Below, in pieces: positions 37,387 to 50,770 of a stretch of 64,000 bases of DNA. Below the pieces are notes generated by a model. The model saw only the letters and a program-made list of their open reading frames with translations. It was not told the origin of the DNA and made no database searches. The stretch is from Chiloscyllium plagiosum. Taxonomy: Eukaryota. The stretch covers positions 53,402,174 to 53,466,173 of the forward strand of contig NC_057728.1 in the NCBI RefSeq assembly GCF_004010195.1, in the 5' to 3' direction. Position numbers and translations under genes: made by a program. How positions within the stretch are numbered: the stretch's first letter is position 1; every line of letters starts with the position of its first letter.

Positions 37387-40380
37387 GTAGGCGAGTGGAT
37401 TTCAGTTTAGCTTAACAATGATTGCAGTGTGAAAATATGTTGAGATAACTTGCTCTTTTTTCTAAAGCTACTTTCAGAAATGTTTCTTGTGCAAAAAACA
37501 AGCCTGGATCATTGCTTTTTTAACCCTTGAATGATGATTTAGCAATATTTACGTTGCAAGTAGGATCACAATTAAGAGTGTACTGCATGAATCTATACAT
37601 TTTTGTAGGTTAGTGGATAACATTGAATGTGTTAAATCAAGAATGGAGGACTGCTTCTGATAATGTAGGAATGAAAAACATAATTAACAAAATGTAATAC
37701 GACTGATTTGTGTTCTGTGACCAAGGTACATAGAGAACCTTGTGAATTTATGTAGAAAGTGCTCCTTAACAAATTACTACTCTTTATTACGTCTACAACG
37801 AAATAGGCAACACTGCAAGGAAAGGAACGGTGATTGTTGAAAGATACATGGGGTTTATTGTGGAAATAATGTCAAAGCAATATTTTGTGATTTTAGTGCA
37901 GGGGCCAAACACAGTGCTACAAGTATGTAGACCTCTTGTCTGCACATTCCAGACAAGAGGATATCTGTCTTAGATAAGCTCAGTTGTTCATTCGGAGCAA
38001 GCCAGATTCATGTTTGAAAAAGAAAATCAGTCAAAGACAGTATTCAACATTCTTCATCTGATAGGAAACAGAAGCAGTCAGAAGCTGTCAATGCAGGTGG
38101 CAGTGTTACTGGTTCATAGAGTTAGTTGTTCGACTCTGAAGAGCTCGCTGGTTGGGTTGTTGTGATCTCTGTTTATTGAATTTTACAGGTTACCCAGTGT
38201 ATACTGTGACCTGCGTTAAGGCTGAAACTGAAGTGCCCTATTGCTAATTGTGACAAAGGTGGAGGCACAGGATGTTGTGGCAGAATCATCCTTCTGAGAT
38301 TTCAATCTTTGACCATTATGCTCTGGTCAAATTACCAACGGTGTTCTCAGAGGAAGCTCATTTTTAAATGCTGGGACATTAGAGATTGCATCAGTTATTT
38401 AATGCTCCCTGAAACTGATTTTTTTCTCCTTCTATTCAGAACTACTGTATAGGCTCAAAGGGAGTGAAGGGGTTTCTTACACAATCCAGGAGTGAGTTTA
38501 TGATAATAAATGTAATAGTTCCTTAAACAGAAATATATGCCAATGATTGATTTCAAGGTTACTGAGTGCTAATAAAGCAAAATAAGGACATAGAAGGTTT
38601 TAAATGAAACTTTTTGCTGTGATGAGTGGAATATTGCTGCTGCAGACCAGTCTGTGTGAGCTCACCTCTTTCAAATGCCGTCCCACTAATTACAACCATT
38701 GCTTGCTCCCAATGAGTAAAACAGAAGAGTGTTTCCATTACCACTAATTATCTTGTTGTACTTTAGGTTGCTGTAAATTGATGTTCTCATACGGAATTTA
38801 TCATCACTGGCTTAGACAGAATGACAACACACCAAGTTAATTAAAATCTCCACTAACTGAAAGGGTGAATTTTTATACAAAGATATTTCCTTTGAGTGTC
38901 CATGTAGGGAAATATATAGACACTGAGGCTAAAATGCTAAAGCTTGTTTTCCTTGACACTAGATTGCCTCAGAATTTCTTCCAAATGATTTTTTTGTCAG
39001 CTCTTTCTGTGGACCCCTGTAACTGTGGTTCCTCCTGTTAATTGGATCTGGACTTGTGTACAGATTAACTGTTTATGGCAATAGGCCATTCCACCCATCC
39101 TGTCAATACTCATGCCCTTGGGCTAAGGGGCATCCTGAACTGATCCCATCCTTTTGTTCCCCAGTCCACACCTATTCAATATCCACCTTCTTTTTCGTGA
39201 AAAGAGAAAATGAATTTGCAAAGTAATTGCTGAAACCATTGTGATTGACAGCTTCATATCCTATCAATCATCATGGTCTCTCCAACGCACTTTCCCATTT
39301 TGTCACCACAACAATGCTAGAGGGGATCTTGAGGATCTGCTGGAGCTGTCAGGGTCAGGGGATTATCAGAGTGGTACCATCTCAGGCAGATAGGAGCATA
39401 GGAACAGTAGGACATCATTCAGCCGCTTGACCATTCAATGAGATCATGGCTGAACTGTACCTCATCACCAGTTACTTGCCATTTCTCCAGATCCTCCCAC
39501 TTCTTTTGCCAAAAAAAATTTAATGGATCTCATTTAATAATCCAGCCTCCTAGTCTCCTTGTGCCCTTTGATGGCAACAGATTACCCCATCTGCCAGTTG
39601 CCCCCATCTAACCCTGCTTAGATGGGCAAAGGAATGGTCTGGTAGAAAGATATATCGGTTCCTCTTTTGAAAGGTCAGAAGTTAAGCATTTCTGAATATT
39701 CCAGGCATGGGATTTTCCTTTTGGTACCAAGTTCTTGAAAAGAAACCTACCAGTATACCCTTTTGCTCTATAGGGGCACAGTTGGCATGACCAGCATTAA
39801 TTTAGATACTGCCACATTCTGCAGATTAGTCTCCCCAGCCCCATTTAATAGCAAATGGAATCACTGCCTGCACTTTATGCAAAATACCTTACGTTACATC
39901 AAACCACAAGAAGGCAGGTGTAACTACTGCCCACGTTCCCTGTCTGTAACCAGGAAGAAATTATGTCTTTCCCCTTCCTTCTGGATAGAAATCTGCCAAT
40001 GCTCGTAGTGCCCCCCATGCCAGAAAGCACATCAGCACTCAAATGCAATAGGAAATCCAGGGAAAATTTCTTCTTGCCTTTACTTTTGGTTTTCTAAAAC
40101 TGTCAATCATGATGACGATATCAGCATAAGCATGGACCAGGTGTGCATGATGGAAAACACAAAACAATTATGACATGGATAAGAAAGAAGACAGTGGAAG
40201 ACACTGAAACAAACATTAAATAACTGTCAGATAAATCACCTTCTGATTGAAACAGCTAGTCTGTGGTGCATTGTTGGAATAACATAGATACCTTTCATAA
40301 CCTCAAAAATATTATTTTTCCCTAGCCCAGCAGGCTTTACACCAAAGTAGAAAAATATCTGATGAGTTATGCAAAAAATT

Positions 40381-40573
40381 CTGAAAAGAGAGACATCTTA
40401 CTGAAATTCTTTATCTTGCCCTCATCAGGACAAATGCAAGAATGCCAAATTTCAAACAATCACAAAAATTTTAGTCTTCAGAAGAAAGCATGCTGTGATC
40501 TTTTAAAAGTACATTTTTGCACATTTTCTGATGAATGGACGATTAAAATCTTCAGTAACATGTCTCTTTTTAG
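40381..40573. repeat. Degenerate inverted repeat (about 63-bp arms), each arm containing a CTGATGA motif
   Basis: 40381-40444 aligns to the reverse complement of 40511-40573 (AGAGACAT.TTACTGAA...TCATCAG...TGCAA.AATG). Confidence 0.65.
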
Positions 40574-42720
40574 TAATAGCTACATTATATAACGTTCATG
40601 TTTTATTGTGGAACATCTCCAGAACACTGGGAACACTTGAATGTTGAGAAAATACTTTATTTGCACAGCATAGAGAAATAGTGTCTTTTTGACAGAACGA
40701 AAATAACTGTAGCAATTAACATGTCCTTTCTGTCAAATGGAAGCCATTGTCAGTCTATATGTAGCTAAATTGAGGAGCCAACTATTAGAGCCCCACTTAG
40801 AATAGCAATGTTCTTGTTTGTTTCCCTCTCAAAAAGTACCATGAAACGTATTATTTGTTATTCTAAGTCACAGTTCACTAGAAACCAGAGTTGTTCCATT
40901 CACAACAACATTGGATGCTTTCTCGACCTCCAACCAGGCATCGAGAGAAAACAATACAAATAGGGATCAACAAGTTCCCAACAGAGTTAATGTCCAGCAA
41001 TAGTTGGAGAGTGGCAACAGGCAAAAATTCTGGGTGACATTGTATATTTATGAGCCGTGCCCATAAAAGAATGTCTACACATGAAATGAATTTGCTACTT
41101 GTAATGTAAAACCAATTAGTGTGTTGCTGTTTAGATAGCTCATCATTCTTGCTGGCATCCCCCCAATTCTACACTCATTCAACCTTATGATATCCAAAAC
41201 TTTGTTGCCTGTGCCCTAACTCAGCTGAAGTCCCATTTAACCATCACCACTTGCTCACTGGCATTGGCTCCTGATTACAAGCAGCTCCTCAATTTGATAA
41301 TTTTTATTGCTTTTTGTTTTCCAAATCTTTTCGTCCCTCCCAATCTTTAATATCTTCCAGTCCTGCAGATCTGTGAGCTATCCATGCTTTTCCAATTCCA
41401 ACCATCTGAACTTCTACCTTTGGTGGCTATACCTTTAGCTGCTCAGGCTGTAAGCTCAGAAATCCAGAGCCTCTCTGACTCACTGTTTCTCTTAAATGCA
41501 CCTGAAAGCGCACCTTTTTGCGCAAGGTTTTAATCATGTGACTTAATATCTCCTTTATGTGGCTCAGAGTCAAATATTTTTTGACCATTCAAATTAGATT
41601 TTTCTAGTTATTATTCTAGTGATACAGACAATCATGTTCCAATGAATGTTTTGCAGTTCAGCTCAATCCTGCTAATATTCAGCAGCCATACAGATACCAC
41701 TGCATGTACAGTGTTCAGAATGGTTGAGCTCAGCTATAATATCACCAAGGTCTCCTTGACCAATGTTCTTATATTTCTGATCAGAGATGTGGTTGTACAC
41801 CTATGGAGCAGTTGAAACTTGCACCTGAGCCTTCTGGCTCAGAGGTGGGGATACTACCATTGTACACAACAGCCACCTCCTCTTGACTGATATTGAATAC
41901 TTACAATAAGCCTCAGGCTTGCCTGATCTGCCTCACTGATCAGCAGACCACTGTAGGTTCATCCGGCTAGTTAATGGATAGGTCCTTAACAATAAAGGGA
42001 AAATACTGCAGATGCTGGAACTCTGAAATAAAATTGGTGAGGGCTGGACCAGCAAGTCCTGCATAGCTATGAAGAGAGAGAAAGTTAGAATCATAGAATC
42101 CCTACAGTATGGAAACAGGCCCTTTGGCCCAACAAGTCCACACCAACTATCCGAAGAGTATCGCACCGAGAGAGAGAGCGAGAGAGAGAAAGAGAGAGAA
42201 AAAGTGAGAGGGATGAGGGATCTGGAAGGGGGGATGGAGAGAAACTGTTCCCACTCATGAAAAGTTCATGATGAAAATAACACAGACTTAAAGTCGGATT
42301 TACAAAAGAAGCAAAGATGATGTGAGCAAAGTTTTTTTTCTACACGGGGAGTAGTTCAGGTCTGGAATGCATAGCTTGAGGATGGGATAAAAGCAAAAAC
42401 ATGCAATACGGTATTCAACTGTAACTCGGGCCATGTGGGGGCTGGGACACCTCATGCCCTGACATCAGGATCCTGAAGCCAAAGTAAAATCCAGTTCTAA
42501 TTTTGTAATGGACTTCATCAATTCAACTGGTCAATCTTTCAGGGATAACATTTGACCTCCTGATTAGAAGCCAAGCAAAATTGCATTGAAAAACCCTGAA
42601 GTTCATTGCTCAATAGTAATGCAGGATGTTCACTAAACATATATATATGTTATTTCTTTGAGATACAAGTAATAATTCCATGCCTTTTCTCTACACACAG
42701 CTTCACCATACATTCCTGAG

Positions 42721-43591
42721 ATGAAGGCCATTCAACTTCCTATATTTGCTTTGCTGGTTAGCAGCATACTTTGTCAGTATGACTACAATGAATACTTTGG
42801 TTACTACAACCTAATAAATTTACAGGCCCCAACTTATCCAGTTTGCTCTGTTGAGTGTGACTGTCCACTAAATTTCCCCACTGCCATGTATTGCAACCAT
42901 CGCAAACTTAAAACCATCCCTTTGGTACCAGCGGAAATAAAGTACCTTTACCTCCACAGCAACCAGCTCACTGGCATTCCAAATAATGCATTTGAAAATG
43001 CCACTGGTCTCCAATGGCTGGTCTTGGATGACAATCAGATTACTAGTGACAACGTAGGAAAGAATGCATTCTCAAAGCTAAAAAGCCTGAAGAGGTTGTA
43101 CCTAAACAGGAACAATCTGACAGACGTTGTCCGTGGCCTACCAAAGTCATTAAAGGAACTGAGGCTTTCATCGAACAGGATCTCAAAGGTTGGAAACACC
43201 TTAAGAGGACTGGAAAACTTGACAACTCTTCAACTCAATGACAACAAATTGAAAGATGTTGGATCTTTGAGTGGATTGAAGTCTTTGACATACCTTGATT
43301 TAAGTGGCAATCAATTAGCAAAACTTCCTGATGATCCTCCAGAAGGCATAGAGATGTTTTATGTGACAAACAACAACATCAAAAGCATTCCAAAGGACTA
43401 CTTTAACAAGATAAAAGACCTACAGTACCTACGTATGTCACATAATGAAATTACAGATGACGGTATCCCTGATAAAATCTTCAACATCACCTCACTCATT
43501 GAGTTGGACCTTGCATACAATGATTTGAAGAGCATCCCGCTTGTTAATGAAAGACTCGAAAATCTGTACCTACAGGCAAATAAAATTGACA
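42721..43591 (+). CDS. lum: Lumican / lumican-like class II SLRP, first coding exon (exon 2; splice acceptor AG at 42699-42700, 20 nt of 5'UTR before the ATG)
   Basis: Signal peptide MKAIQLPIFALLVSSILC; Tyr-rich mature N-terminus QYDYNEYFGYY; class II Cys cluster CX3CXCX9C (CSVECDCPLNFPTAMYC); tandem LxxLxLxxN repeats; N-glycan sequons NAT, NLT, NLT, NIT; phase-1 donor A|GTAAGT at 43591/43592 after ...LYLQANKID. Confidence 0.93.
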
Positions 43592-44516
43592 GTAAGTCTG
43601 ACTGTGTTTCACTCATGATAGCATCAAGTTCAGATGTTAAAAGACACAAAATAAAATGAGGAATTTAGGACTAAACTATTAAGTCAAAGTGTGCACTGTT
43701 CATAGAAAAAATTTGAAAAAATATTAAAACAGAACTTTAACATAGAAATGAATTCCAATTCAGCTGAATTGAACCATGAATATTGGAGATTTTTTTCTCT
43801 TCCTAAGGTTACTTATACTCTTAAAAGATAATTCTTATAGATAGATGTACTAACATCTATTTTGATATCAATATAAACAAAACATCTTCTGAATTCAGGC
43901 CAAATCTGATACCTGCAATATTTCAATGATATGGCAATTTATGGAAAAATTTAATTTCTAAATATCTGAAGATAATTTGCATTTTGTATGATACAGTACT
44001 GGTAGCTTCAGGGTAAATGGAAGGAAAATTGGTCACCGCTGCCACATCTGTTTGGTTGGAATTACCATGTTAAATTAGCACAAGACAACCGTTTTCGATA
44101 TTCAGGTTGTCTACTGGAAACAAGTAACATAACATAAAACCATGAATTGAAACATGTTCAGTTCAGCAAAACACTGAAGAGGGAAACACACGATTAACCT
44201 AAGGTATTTGCTCCTAATCCACAACAATTCTTATTAATTAATTTCCTGCCACTATTCATTACTTTCAATAAATAAAGAGGCCATTCGACCCAAACAGTCC
44301 CTGCTAGTGTTCATAATCCACGTTAGCCTCCTTTTATTATACTTCACGTATGTCCCCTGTATTCTCTTCTCCCTCAAAACACTTTTTGAACTTCCTCTTA
44401 CATGCATTTATACTATTCACTTCAAGCACTCCCTATGATAGCAAGCTCCATATTCTCACTCTGGGGAAAGAGGCTTTTTCTGATTTCCCTATTATATTTC
44501 CTAGAGATTGTGTGAG

Positions 44517-44860
44517 AGGTGGTGGGATGATTTTTGGTATAGTCGTTAGCACTGCTGTCTCACCAAGGACTCAGGTTCAATCCCACCCTTGGGTGGTTGT
44601 CTATATGAAGCTTACATGTTCTCTTCCTTTCTGCTGGGTGCTTGGTTTCTTCCTACAGTTAAAATGTGCAGGTTAGATGTGCCATGCTAAAAAAAAGGTG
44701 CCTTATAGTATCCAGGGATGTGTGGGTTAGCCATGGTTAATAGCCCATGTTGGGGGGGGAGGGGAGACAAGGGATTGTTGGTCTGGGTGGGATGCTCTTC
44801 AGAGGGTTGGTGCACACTCAATGGGCCAAATGGCTTCTTTCTGCACTATAGGGATACTAT
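44517..44860 (+). mobile_element. Degenerate HE1-type SINE in intron 2
   Basis: GTTAGCACTGCTGTCTCAC, GGTTCAATCCCA, GCCATGCTAAA, GGGCCAAATGGC. Confidence 0.7.
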
Positions 44861-47049
44861 CCTGCAATAATGGCCTCTGGTCTATTTGTTACTCGCCACA
44901 AGCAGAAAATGTTATTGGGTCCACAGGAAACATAATGTGCGAGGTGACCTTTTTAAGCAGAATGAAAACTCTCCATTTCCTGGCAGCAGGTTGAGATGCA
45001 GAGGTTTGGTCAGCTGCAACATATTGGGCCTTATATTGGCCCATGTCAAGTTCTGGCTTGCAACACTATTGTACGCAATGGATATTTATTACATAAAACC
45101 TTTTTGTAATTCCAATGAAGAAACAATGGCACGTGAAACTCTTGTGGTACCCAGTTCATGTTTATTTAGAGGTGACTTGCACCAACTAGCTTTGTGCTAT
45201 GTAGTCACTGTGCAACGTCAGTGGTTTTGTGTCCTTAACTCTCTGACGCGAGCAAGGGGAGCAGGAGAATGACAGCTTGGATCGGTAGCTTTGGGTCAGT
45301 AAGGATGGGTCAGTGGTGAGGTGGTTGTAGAGGCATGGAGAGTGGAAAAGGGTAGAGCCTGGTGTTGTTGAAACAGGTAGTCAGTGTAAGAAGGTGAGGA
45401 ATCTGAAGGGTGCTGTCAGTGCTGTTCAGATGTAAGTCCACCTCAAGGTGTTGGCTGACAGAGTCCTTATACTGCCTTAAGTTTTACAACATCACAATGA
45501 TCCCCTCTGAGGATGCTCTGTGAGAACGTCCTTCAAATGCATAGAAGGGAGAGTCAGCTGAGCCTACAAGTTCTACCATTTCACACAGAAAAGTGAGTAC
45601 AGCATTGGACAATAACTCAAACATTCGATAAAGAGTGAACATAAAAACACATTATTTCCCTTCCAAAGAAAGAAATGTCCCTAACATCCCTGTAAACATC
45701 ATGCACGCCAGTCATAAGACTGGAAGACAATAACATGTAGGAGCAGAAATAGGCCATTCAACCCATTGAGTTTATTCTACCATTTAATTAAATCATGACT
45801 GATCTGATATTCATCAAATCCACTTTCCTCCATTATCCCCATATTGTTCAATCCTTTACTGATTCAAAATCGGTTGATCTCAACCTTGAATCTAATTAAC
45901 CATGAAGTAGTCCATCTATTTAGATCTCTGACTGACTTTGTCTAATCAAATACAGGTAACATGCACTTGATTAAAGTGAAACCAGTGCAATGTGAAATAT
46001 TTATAAGTGAAATTTAATTTTGAAAAATACCCTTTGTGCTCTCAGGTCTTATGTGAAGGGAATTGGTCAAGAAAGTTGTGTCCATGAAGCAGAGTCTCCC
46101 TGTCTGATCAGGAGCCTCTTCTATAGCCCACTTGTTGAGACAGCATGGTCAGCTGACAGTGGTTTTCCTTCCTCTGCCATGTGATTACGCACGTCTCCTG
46201 TGCACATCTTGGCACTTTCAATCCATTTGGAATTGTGTAGGAATCGGAGAGCAGAAATAGAGTCTTCTTCTTGTTGCATCTTTGGGAATGTTGCACAGCT
46301 GGCAAAATCTTCCACACTCTCTCAGATCAAATCTATCAAAACTGTTTGTAATGCTAAAGCCATTTGTTAGGTCAGATTTCTCTTTCCATGGAGAGAAGAA
46401 TGTTATTGTACCAATTTGCTTGCTGCCATATTTTTTACTGGCAAGGTGATTTACAAGTAAGAAACTTTTGAGAGTGTCAAGAGACTTGGCCATTTCTTTT
46501 CATAATGGCCATGCTAACCTGTGTTGCCGCTTCTAGTGGTCTGTATGTCTGTTCTCCCAAATCCCTTTGAGTATCTACCCCAGCGAGAATTTTCTTTTCT
46601 AAGTAATATATGACTATTTACATTTCTTTCTCAAATGTTATACCTCACATTGATCTAGTTTTAAGTGCAATCACATATCACTTTAACATTTTAATTTAGT
46701 TCATTTTTTTTTCCAAATTGTTGCCATACTCCAGAATTTAGTTCCTAGTTTATCAGCAAATTTAGAAATTGACTGTTTTTTTTAATTCCAGTGTATAAAC
46801 AATTAGTGTGGATCCCCACTTTCCATTTTTAGACATTCTGAATAGTTTTCCATTACCTCACACTAACTAATAATTTCAGGTGGATTATTTGAAAAGTAGC
46901 AGTGAGACCACTTTTGTCATACCCTAGACTGGACACATTGCACCTTTTGATTATTAAATCCATGAACACATTAAGATATCAGTTAGATTAGTTCACACTG
47001 CGGTATTTTCCTGGCTGTCATTAATAACAGCCAAGAAATCCTCTCATTA

Positions 47050-47372
47050 TAGAATCCCTACAGAGTGGAAGCAGGCCTTTTCGCCCATTGAGTCCACACC
47101 GACCTTTTAAAGAGACTCAGTTCCTCTACCCTATCCCTGTAATTTCCTTGACTAATCCACTTAGTCTGCATAACCTTGGACATTATGGGCAATTCAGCAT
47201 AGCCAATTCTCTAAGCCTACACATATTTGGACCATGGGAGGAAACTGGAGCACTCAGAGGAAACATACACAGACACTGGGAGAATGTACAAACTCCACAC
47301 AGTCACCCAAGGCTGGAATTTAACTTGGATCCCTGGCACTGTGAGGCAGCATTGCTGACCGCTGAACCACCA
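47050..47372 (-). mobile_element. HE1-type SINE in intron 2
   Basis: Homologous to 24137-24448. Confidence 0.8.
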
Positions 47373-47597
47373 GGCCATCTTAGACTTCTTTGTTAACTGC
47401 TTATAGTTAATACACAGTTCATTGGGAAGCTCATCACTGTCCTAGGTTAAAACCCTCATACAAGACAAGCAATATAATCTTAAGAAAATCCATACAGCTA
47501 TGGTCCTCTAAGATAGTATTATGGTACAGCTAACTTTCAACGAGTAGCTTCAGGTTCAAATCCCACCCCAGGATTTGAATAACAAGGAAGCTGTATT

Positions 47598-47883
47598 TAG
47601 ATTACATTACAGTGTGGAAACAGGCCCTTCGGCCCAACAAGGCCACACCGACCCGCCACCCACCCATACCCCTACATTTACCTCTTACCTAACAATACGG
47701 GCAATTTAGCATGGCCAATTCACCTGACCTGCAGGTCTTTGGACTGTGGGAGGAAACCAGAGCACCCGGAGGAAACCCACGCAGACACGGGGAGAATGTG
47801 CAAACTCCACACAGTCAGTCGCCTGAGGCGGGAATTGAACTGCTGTGAGGCAGCAGTGCTAACCACTGTGCCACCGTGCCGCC
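47598..47883 (-). mobile_element. HE1-type SINE in intron 2, well preserved
   Basis: Near-identical to 24137-24448 apart from small deletions. Confidence 0.9.
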
Positions 47884-48734
47884 CACATTCAGGTGCATTC
47901 AGAACACAGCCAAACAGGTTGATTACCAACTTGCAAATCTTACCAATATGTCAGGCAGTATGTGGAGTATACCCTTTAAGCTACAAAGCCTCTGCTTTAA
48001 TCTGTTCTGGAAAATGGAAGCTACAGAAACGGACCTAAGTATATGCTTCATTTGTCTCATGCATCTCTCAATTAAGGGAAACCTCCCAAGTCTTCAGTCC
48101 TATCTCTGTAATCTAATCACCCTCTTAGATCTCTGTGTCCTCTAATTCTAGCCTCTTGTTCAATCACTGGGAGTCATGACTTCAGTTACCAAGTGCCTAA
48201 ACTTGAATTTCCTTCCGAACCTTCAGCACCGCCTCTCCTTTATAATGTGCTGCTTAAAATCCTATCTCTTTCACCAAGATGTTTTGATTATCTGTCACAT
48301 TAGCTTCTGACGTGATTTAATGTCAAATTTTGTTCAATACCCATGAAGTATCTTGGGACAAGGCACTGTGTAAATGCAAGCTGGTCTTGTAGGAAATTAT
48401 TAGGACACAGATTCTTGACAGTACTATTACCATTATCTGAAACTCTTAATATATTTATATACCTTGTGTTTATAGACTTTTTCATCTAAATGTAATAATC
48501 TATGCCAATAAACTAATTTCCACTATGATAGGAAATGGTGATATATTTAGACTTTGTGCTAAATTATGTAATATTTCCCAAACATTAGAATGCTCAAAGA
48601 CATTAAACTCTAAATCTGAGACGCTCCATATATTGCTGAAATGTTGCACTTAGCTTTATATTACAAGAATCAATATTCCTTGGGTCACTCTAATACAATG
48701 AGTGTCTCTAAATCTCTGAATCTTCATTTTGCAG

Positions 48735-48892
48735 AGTTTACCTTGCAGAGCTTCTGTCGTGTTACTGGACCATTGGATTTCTCCAGCATCAGGCACCTGC
48801 GTCTGGATGGTAACAACATCTCTCGAGCCAGTGTGCCCTATGATCTGATCCGATGTCTGCCCCTGGCCTCGGATATTACACTTGATTTTTGA
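48735..48892 (+). CDS. lum: Lumican / lumican-like SLRP, terminal coding exon (exon 3)
   Basis: Acceptor tcttcattttgcag at 48734; the phase-1 join gives AAG (K), then FTLQSFCRVTGPLDFSSIRHLRLDGNNISRASVPYDLIRCLPLASDITLDF*, matching the lumican C-terminus (SFC..GPL..S.I.HLRLDGN...CL) with both ear-repeat cysteines; spliced CDS is 1029 nt = 342 aa. Confidence 0.93.
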
Positions 48893-50600
48893 TCTACATC
48901 CACTTAATTGGGAAGACCTGAGGGCAGACTTTAACACTGTGTAGCTGTCTGTCTTGTCCTCCTGCCTCACCCCCAACCCCGAATTCCCCAAGGTTTCCCA
49001 ATCAGATTTGTTCACTTGTTAACACATCATGTCATGCATACTAACACTTTTCGATCTTATATCTTCACATAACCATAACTTTTCTACTAGATTTTCAAAC
49101 AGCTAAAGAAAACCAACAGAATTATTGAAAAGAAAGGAACGTAACAGTAAGTCGAGGTTAAGGGTAAAGCTGCATAATGTGGAAAGAAGGTATTCTTTCA
49201 AAATGGAAGGTATTTTGGGATCTTTACAAGGATACATTTGAATCAACCATCTGTTGTACACATATTCAGCAATAGTCAAATAAAGCTTGTGATGAGAAGT
49301 TACAAAAAAGAATAAATCAGTGATTGCAATGCTAAAATTAAATCAACTTACTTTCCTGTATTTTGAGAATCCTCTTTTGCTCTGTTTTTTATAATAGCGA
49401 TACAAATATTACAAAGGAACTTTTAAAAGATTCAGCTCTTTTATAACCAACTATGTTCTGTGCAAACTTGCCATTCAAATTATGCAGTTCAGAAGATTTT
49501 TCAAATAATTCCTCACCAAAATATTATATTCGTAAGTCCTCTAAAAGATTATCAACTTGTACTGACTTAAATAGTATCAGCGCTATCTATAATTACTGTA
49601 TTATAGAGTAGGTTTGAAGAAAAACACATAGGATCTGTAGAATGTGGGAGAACAGGAGTTTGATGGGATTTAGCAATTTAAAGCTTGTACAGAAGTTATT
49701 ACGAAATAAAGATTAACAGTAAACATTATTGTAATAACCAAGTGAGTGGCTTTCTTTCAATAACTTGCTTAAATTTACTTGGCTTAAAAAGCTGGCAGTC
49801 TTGCAACTTTTAGATTAGTTTTTCATAGGGACAATGAAATATTTTAACCACAGCTTGCATCATACATTGTAAATCATGCATGATCTTTTACCCGTTTTTC
49901 TTTGTATGCAAATTTGAAGTTTTGTGCAGGAAATAGAGCATGGTTAATTTAGCAGCAGCAGCCATGGCTGGCTTTAATTTATCTGTTGTATTTTTGGCTT
50001 TAGCTGACAGCCTTGAGTCTGCAGTAATGTCCTTAGTATGCAACCATTGTTTACACAGCCAGGTATGCCACTAGGTTTGAGTTTGTTGGGTCTCTCAAAT
50101 ACCAGTGCTATTTGTTTGCAAGGAAATCTATCCAACTGTCAACCAGGCTATAACTTGAGGGCATCTTTTAGGCTCAGAGTACTCCACCTTTGGGGAATGA
50201 GTGGACAGTTATCTGACGTTGGTATGTTACACCATTATAATAAGACACTTGCTTAAGCTGATCGCACAATGGTAATCCTGATCAACATGGAAAAACACAG
50301 CTGGAAGTGGACTTCACAAGATCTCCGCCAGGATGGGATAGATGTGGAATTATTGAATTTTATAAATCCACAAAAAAGGGTGTTCCAGACAACTGACCTG
50401 AAAAATGTATCACTTCCAAATGTAATGAACTGACCTTGTAGTTTTAACTCTGTACACAACTTTTATTTTTCTCACATTAACCATTAAAATATATCTTCAC
50501 CTTTCTTCAACTGTGCTTTATTTTATTCAATAAATTTGTGAACCTCCACCTATTTGTTATTGATATATAAAGATAAATTCACCTAATAAAGAAAGACACT
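48893..50600 (+). other. lum: Probable 3'UTR of the lumican-like gene with several candidate poly(A) signals
   Basis: AT-rich, repeat-free sequence after the stop codon; AATAAA at 49279, 49705, 50529 and 50585; true end unknown. Confidence 0.5.
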
Positions 50601-50641
50601 TCTGGTACATAGGCTGCACAACAGATTCAACACATCAAGCC

Positions 50642-50770
50642 AAAAAAATCCAAAGAACTGCAGATGCTGGAAAACAGAAACAAAAACACAAGTTGCTAGA
50701 AAAACTCAGCAGGTCAGGCAACATCTGTGGAGAGAAAGCAGAGCCAATGTTTTGCGTTCAGTGACCCTTC
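50642..50770 (-). mobile_element. Penelope-like pLTR (second subfamily)
   Basis: Reverse complement of the 15207-15345 element. Confidence 0.65.

Noticed and set aside
43592..43659. C-terminal 22 aa of the 312-aa ORF (SKSDCVSLMIASSSDVKRHKIK)
   Set aside because: Intron read-through after a consensus GTAAGT donor; the true C-terminus is at 48735-48892. The AATAAA near 43649 is in A-rich sequence and gives no real evidence for a truncated isoform.
46108..46493. Overlapping minus-strand ORFs in intron 2 as a nested gene
   Set aside because: No recognisable motifs and no consistent splice sites.
48641..48734. N-terminal part of ORF 48641-48892 as an independent gene
   Set aside because: Intronic sequence upstream of the acceptor at 48734.
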